The translations under genes were made by a program, and so were the position numbers. Positions 60,475 to 64,000 of a DNA stretch of 64,000 nt are shown piece by piece (position 1 is the first letter of the stretch; each line of letters starts with the position of its first letter). Below the pieces are notes generated by a model that did not search any database, was not told the DNA's origin, and was given only the letters and a program-made list of their open reading frames with translations. The DNA comes from Blepharisma stoltei ATCC 30299 (lineage: Eukaryota > Protista > Ciliophora), in NCBI GenBank assembly GCA_965603825.1, contig CBFDEM010000010.1, forward strand, positions 248,001-312,000, in the 5' to 3' direction.

Positions 60475-62397
60475 ATGAGCTGGTTTTCAAGTAAAAAGAA
60501 GGAATTCTCAGATGAGCCAATAATCCAAGAAAGGATCATCAAAGTAAATGGAGATCCAGCTGTCAAGTCATACCGCAGAGGTAAATTCCTTGGCAAAGGT
60601 GGTTTTGCCAAAGTTTACGAGTTTTATTGTCAAGAGTCCAAAGAGCTCATTGCAGGCAAAATTCTCCCCAAAACTGCTTTAATCAAAGCCCGTGCTCGTC
60701 AAAAACTAATGAACGAAATCAAGATCCACCGTTCTCTTCACCACAAAAACATCGTTGGCTTCGACCATTACTTTGAAGACGGCGAAAACATTTATATTCT
60801 TCTTGAACTCTGCACAAACCAAACCCTTTGTGAAGTCATGCGACGCCGAAAACGAATTACAGAAATAGAAGTACAATACTACATTTTCCAATTGATCCAA
60901 GCTTTACGATATTTGCACACGCATAAGGTCATTCACAGAGATATAAAATTAGGTAATCTTTTTATAACCGACCAAATGGAATTAAAGCTGGGAGACTTCG
61001 GGCTTGCTGCAAAGGTTGAATTTGATGGAGAAAGAAAGCGCACTATATGTGGGACGCCGAATTATATTGCCCCAGAAGTTATTGATGGTCGACAAGGACA
61101 TTCTTATGAAGTCGACATATGAAGCGTAGGAGCCTTAATGTTTACACTTCTGGTAGGAAAAGCTCCTTTTGAAGCTGTTGACCTGCATTCAACCTATCAA
61201 AATATCAAAACGCTTAGTTACTCTTTTCCTGAGCATTTGAAGATCTCGAAAGAAGCAAAAATGATCATTGGGGATATTTTAAAAGTGGATCCTGCCGAAA
61301 GACCCAGTCTAGATCAAATTTTATCGTCACCGTTTTTTACAAGAAATCCGATCCCAAAGCAGCTGCCTGCTAGTACATTAGCTGTGCCGCCAAGCAACTC
61401 GTTTCTGCACCAATATAATTTGCAAATAAGGCATACTATTAACGGATATGAAGCAATTTTGGAACGTGGAGCTATGACAGCGAGAGAAAATATTCAAAGG
61501 GTTATTAGTTTTGATGAGGCAAATGAAAATGCGAGAAATGGATGTGCACCTTTAAATGTGGAGAAAGGGTGAGAATCAGCAAGAGAGAAAATTACTGGGA
61601 GGCAAATAAGTTCAGAAAGCGGCTGGGATGCTCAGGAAAAAGCGAGATCAACACCAGCAATTTCAGAAAGAGGATGTGATACACCGATTTCGCCTTCAGA
61701 AAAAGAATGCGATATGCCAGCTTCAGAAAGGGTATCATTAACTCCTGCGTCAAAGAAAAAAGTCACCATCTGATCTAGCTATTCAAGCTCTAAACCTAAT
61801 GAAGGGCCAATGTTGTGGATTAAGAAATGAGTTGATTATTCTGACAAGTACGGTGTTGGATTTATGCTTTCTGACTTGATTATTGGAGTTTATTTTAACG
61901 ATGCTACCAAAATGATAATAAGGCCAAATAGCAATACTTTTCATTATATTACCAAGCAAGCTCATTCAAACAGCGAAACAATAATAATGCACACACTCCA
62001 AGATTTTCCAAAAGAGCTGAACAAAAAAGTCACTCTCTTGCAGCACTTTCATAAAAATTTGCTGATTAATGAAAAAATAGAGAACTCAAACGATAGCGAC
62101 CCACTCGTATACGTCAAAAAATGGCTTGCAACAACTCAAGCACACATCTTTAGACTAAGCAACAACATTGTCCAAGTATTTTTCATTGATAAAACCGAAC
62201 TTATGCTTTGCGATGAAGGAAAAACAGTAGTTTATGTTGACAAACTCAAAGCAAAGTTTTTATATTCATTAAGCAATGTCATGGACAGCGGAAATACAGA
62301 TCTTTCAAAAAGATTGAGGTATACAAAGGAAGCACTCAAAGTAATGCTCCAAAACCAGAATCCTGCACAATTGCAAGAAAGCAGCTTGTTTAACTAA
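60475..62397 (+). CDS. PLK1: Polo-like kinase 1-like
   Basis: LGKGGFA, HRDIKLGN, TICGTPNYIAPE, EVDI-W-S (TGA 61120), polo box KK-W-VDYSDKYG (TGA 61828), second polo box. Confidence 0.92.
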
Positions 62398-62452
62398 TTT
62401 TTTGTATATATTTAATTAACTCCGAGTGTTTTAAAGAGTGAATTTATTATAC

Positions 62453-63580
62453 TTATTTTCTAGAAATAGTATGTGTTACCACAATTGGAAAAGTGATATT
62501 AAGATCATCAGGGCTACTTATACATGCAGGAGAAGCTCTTGTGCTCACCCCATACTCCAATGACACCTCTTGTTTTTTCAAGTCAATTCGATTAAACGAC
62601 GTATATGGCTTTATTGGCAGCTTTTTTACAAATCTCACTTCCTGCTCTTTAGGTTTTTCCACTTCCCCGTAATCCTGTGATATGCTTCTGTATTTTCTTA
62701 TAAACTGATTATGCAGCCTTGGAGTAACCAAAACTAGTTTAGCCGACTTCAAATCGTTTTGCAATTCACCTATCAAATCATTTTGCTTCTTATTTATGAC
62801 TTGTCTCACCTCTAGTTCTCTATTAACTTCTGCTTTAAAACTGTTATGCCTTTCTTTCAGCATTTTAATTTCATTCAGTAGCTCCTGCTCTCTAGCTTCT
62901 GTTTCTTTTTTCTTATTAATCCAAGCTTCATCGTTTTCTTTTTCTCTTTTTCTCATAAACTCTTCATAAGATTTCAGCTTTGCCTTTGCTTCATCAGTTT
63001 GTTTTTGGGACATTTGGACCATATCTTTCATCGCATCAAGCTTTAAATATAAGGCTTTCATATCTTTATCCTTTTCAGGGTCATATTTATTATGAACTAT
63101 TTGCTCTGTTTTTCTTTCTTCTTTGCTCTTTTTTTGACGAAGTTTTGAGATTGCTAATTCTTGCTCGCAGCAGAATGACCTGAGCTCATCAAGTTCCAAA
63201 TCTTTTGCATTTATGAGGATTCTCATTTTATCATAGTCTTGTTTAAGTTCAATTAGAGTATTTTGATGACTTTGAAGCAGCTCTTGGATTTTTTTATGAT
63301 ATTCTTTGTGGATTTTTCTAAGTGCTAAGTCTAAAGCGTTTTGGTGATGCACTTTGGCAGCTTCTCGGATACGATCAACAATAATTTGGATCCTTTCTCG
63401 ATGATATTGAGAAGGCTGAGAGGATAACTGGTCTTTTAGATCGTCTTCGAGATTAGGATAGAATTGAGAGATGGTTTTAGTTTTACAGTTTCTTGAAAGA
63501 TCTGAATCCAAATTTGGATGGGCATCATAGTCAACCCAAAACTCACAATCAGATTCTGAGTTTAAATCAAGTTTTGACAT
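62453..63580 (-). CDS. Coiled-coil hypothetical protein
   Basis: 375-aa ATG..TAA ORF. Confidence 0.75.
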   Translation of the reverse strand: MSKLDLNSESDCEFWVDYDAHPNLDSDLSRNCKTKTISQFYPNLEDDLKDQLSSQPSQYHRERIQIIVDRIREAAKVHHQNALDLALRKIHKEYHKKIQELLQSHQNTLIELKQDYDKMRILINAKDLELDELRSFCCEQELAISKLRQKKSKEERKTEQIVHNKYDPEKDKDMKALYLKLDAMKDMVQMSQKQTDEAKAKLKSYEEFMRKREKENDEAWINKKKETEAREQELLNEIKMLKERHNSFKAEVNRELEVRQVINKKQNDLIGELQNDLKSAKLVLVTPRLHNQFIRKYRSISQDYGEVEKPKEQEVRFVKKLPIKPYTSFNRIDLKKQEVSLEYGVSTRASPACISSPDDLNITFPIVVTHTISRK

Positions 63581-64000
63581 AACAGATTAATAGTAAATTA
63601 ATGAAAAAGTTTATATGGCAATTAGCTTTTTTAAATTATCAATAATTTCAGCTGAGAATCAATCTTTATAAGATGATTTCAAAAATAATCAAAAAAAATG
63701 ATTTAATTACAATTTGATAAAAATTGCATAGTTTATAATAGAAGGTTATATTTTAACCTTTTACAATTTAAATATTTGCAGAAATTTAATTGAAAGCGCC
63801 ATCTATTATAAAGACTGTATTAAAACGGTCAACTTTAGAATAATCTTTATTCCACTTTTATCAATACTTTACCCTCATGAAAATTTGCGAAGTAATATTT
63901 CAATGCTTGAATATAGTTGCTCAAGTTGAAAACATTGGATATTTTAGGCTTAAACATTTCAATGTTTTCATAAATCAATCTACTAAGCCCTTCCTGTTCA

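Noticed and set aside
1-64000. Prokaryotic systems (CRISPR, operons, IS elements) or transposases
   Set aside because: No repeat-spacer arrays, terminal inverted repeats or transposase motifs seen; gene content is eukaryotic

Overview
Gene-dense, AT-rich eukaryotic DNA that looks like the macronuclear genome of a heterotrich ciliate, most consistent with Blepharisma (an inference from genetic code plus intron size). Two rules explain the fragmented ORF track. First, in-frame TGA falls on conserved Trp positions in many unrelated proteins, while every complete gene ends in TAA or TAG, so UGA = Trp. Second, nearly all remaining breaks are 15-nt GT..AG introns with an invariant A at position 10 (19 found). 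With these rules the window holds about 40 genes. These include an axonemal dynein heavy chain, RPL7A, ACSF3-like, sorting nexin, importin-alpha-like, CDP-DAG synthase, PIG-A, U1-70K, Psf3, Alba, CRAL-TRIO, PKA-C, Hub1, VPS50, MATE, an SCP-type phosphatase, PLK4, MCM10, syntaxin-18-like and PLK1. The most unusual items are: a tRNA gene with an intact core but an expanded, mismatched anticodon arm; an Alba gene that needs a non-standard 28-nt intron or a +1 frameshift; a candidate 7TM-RGS protein; a tandem Venus-flytrap receptor; convergent genes with overlapping stop codons; 17-31 bp spacers between co-oriented genes; and a recent ~1.4 kb tandem duplication. All calls were made by eye; no searches were run.
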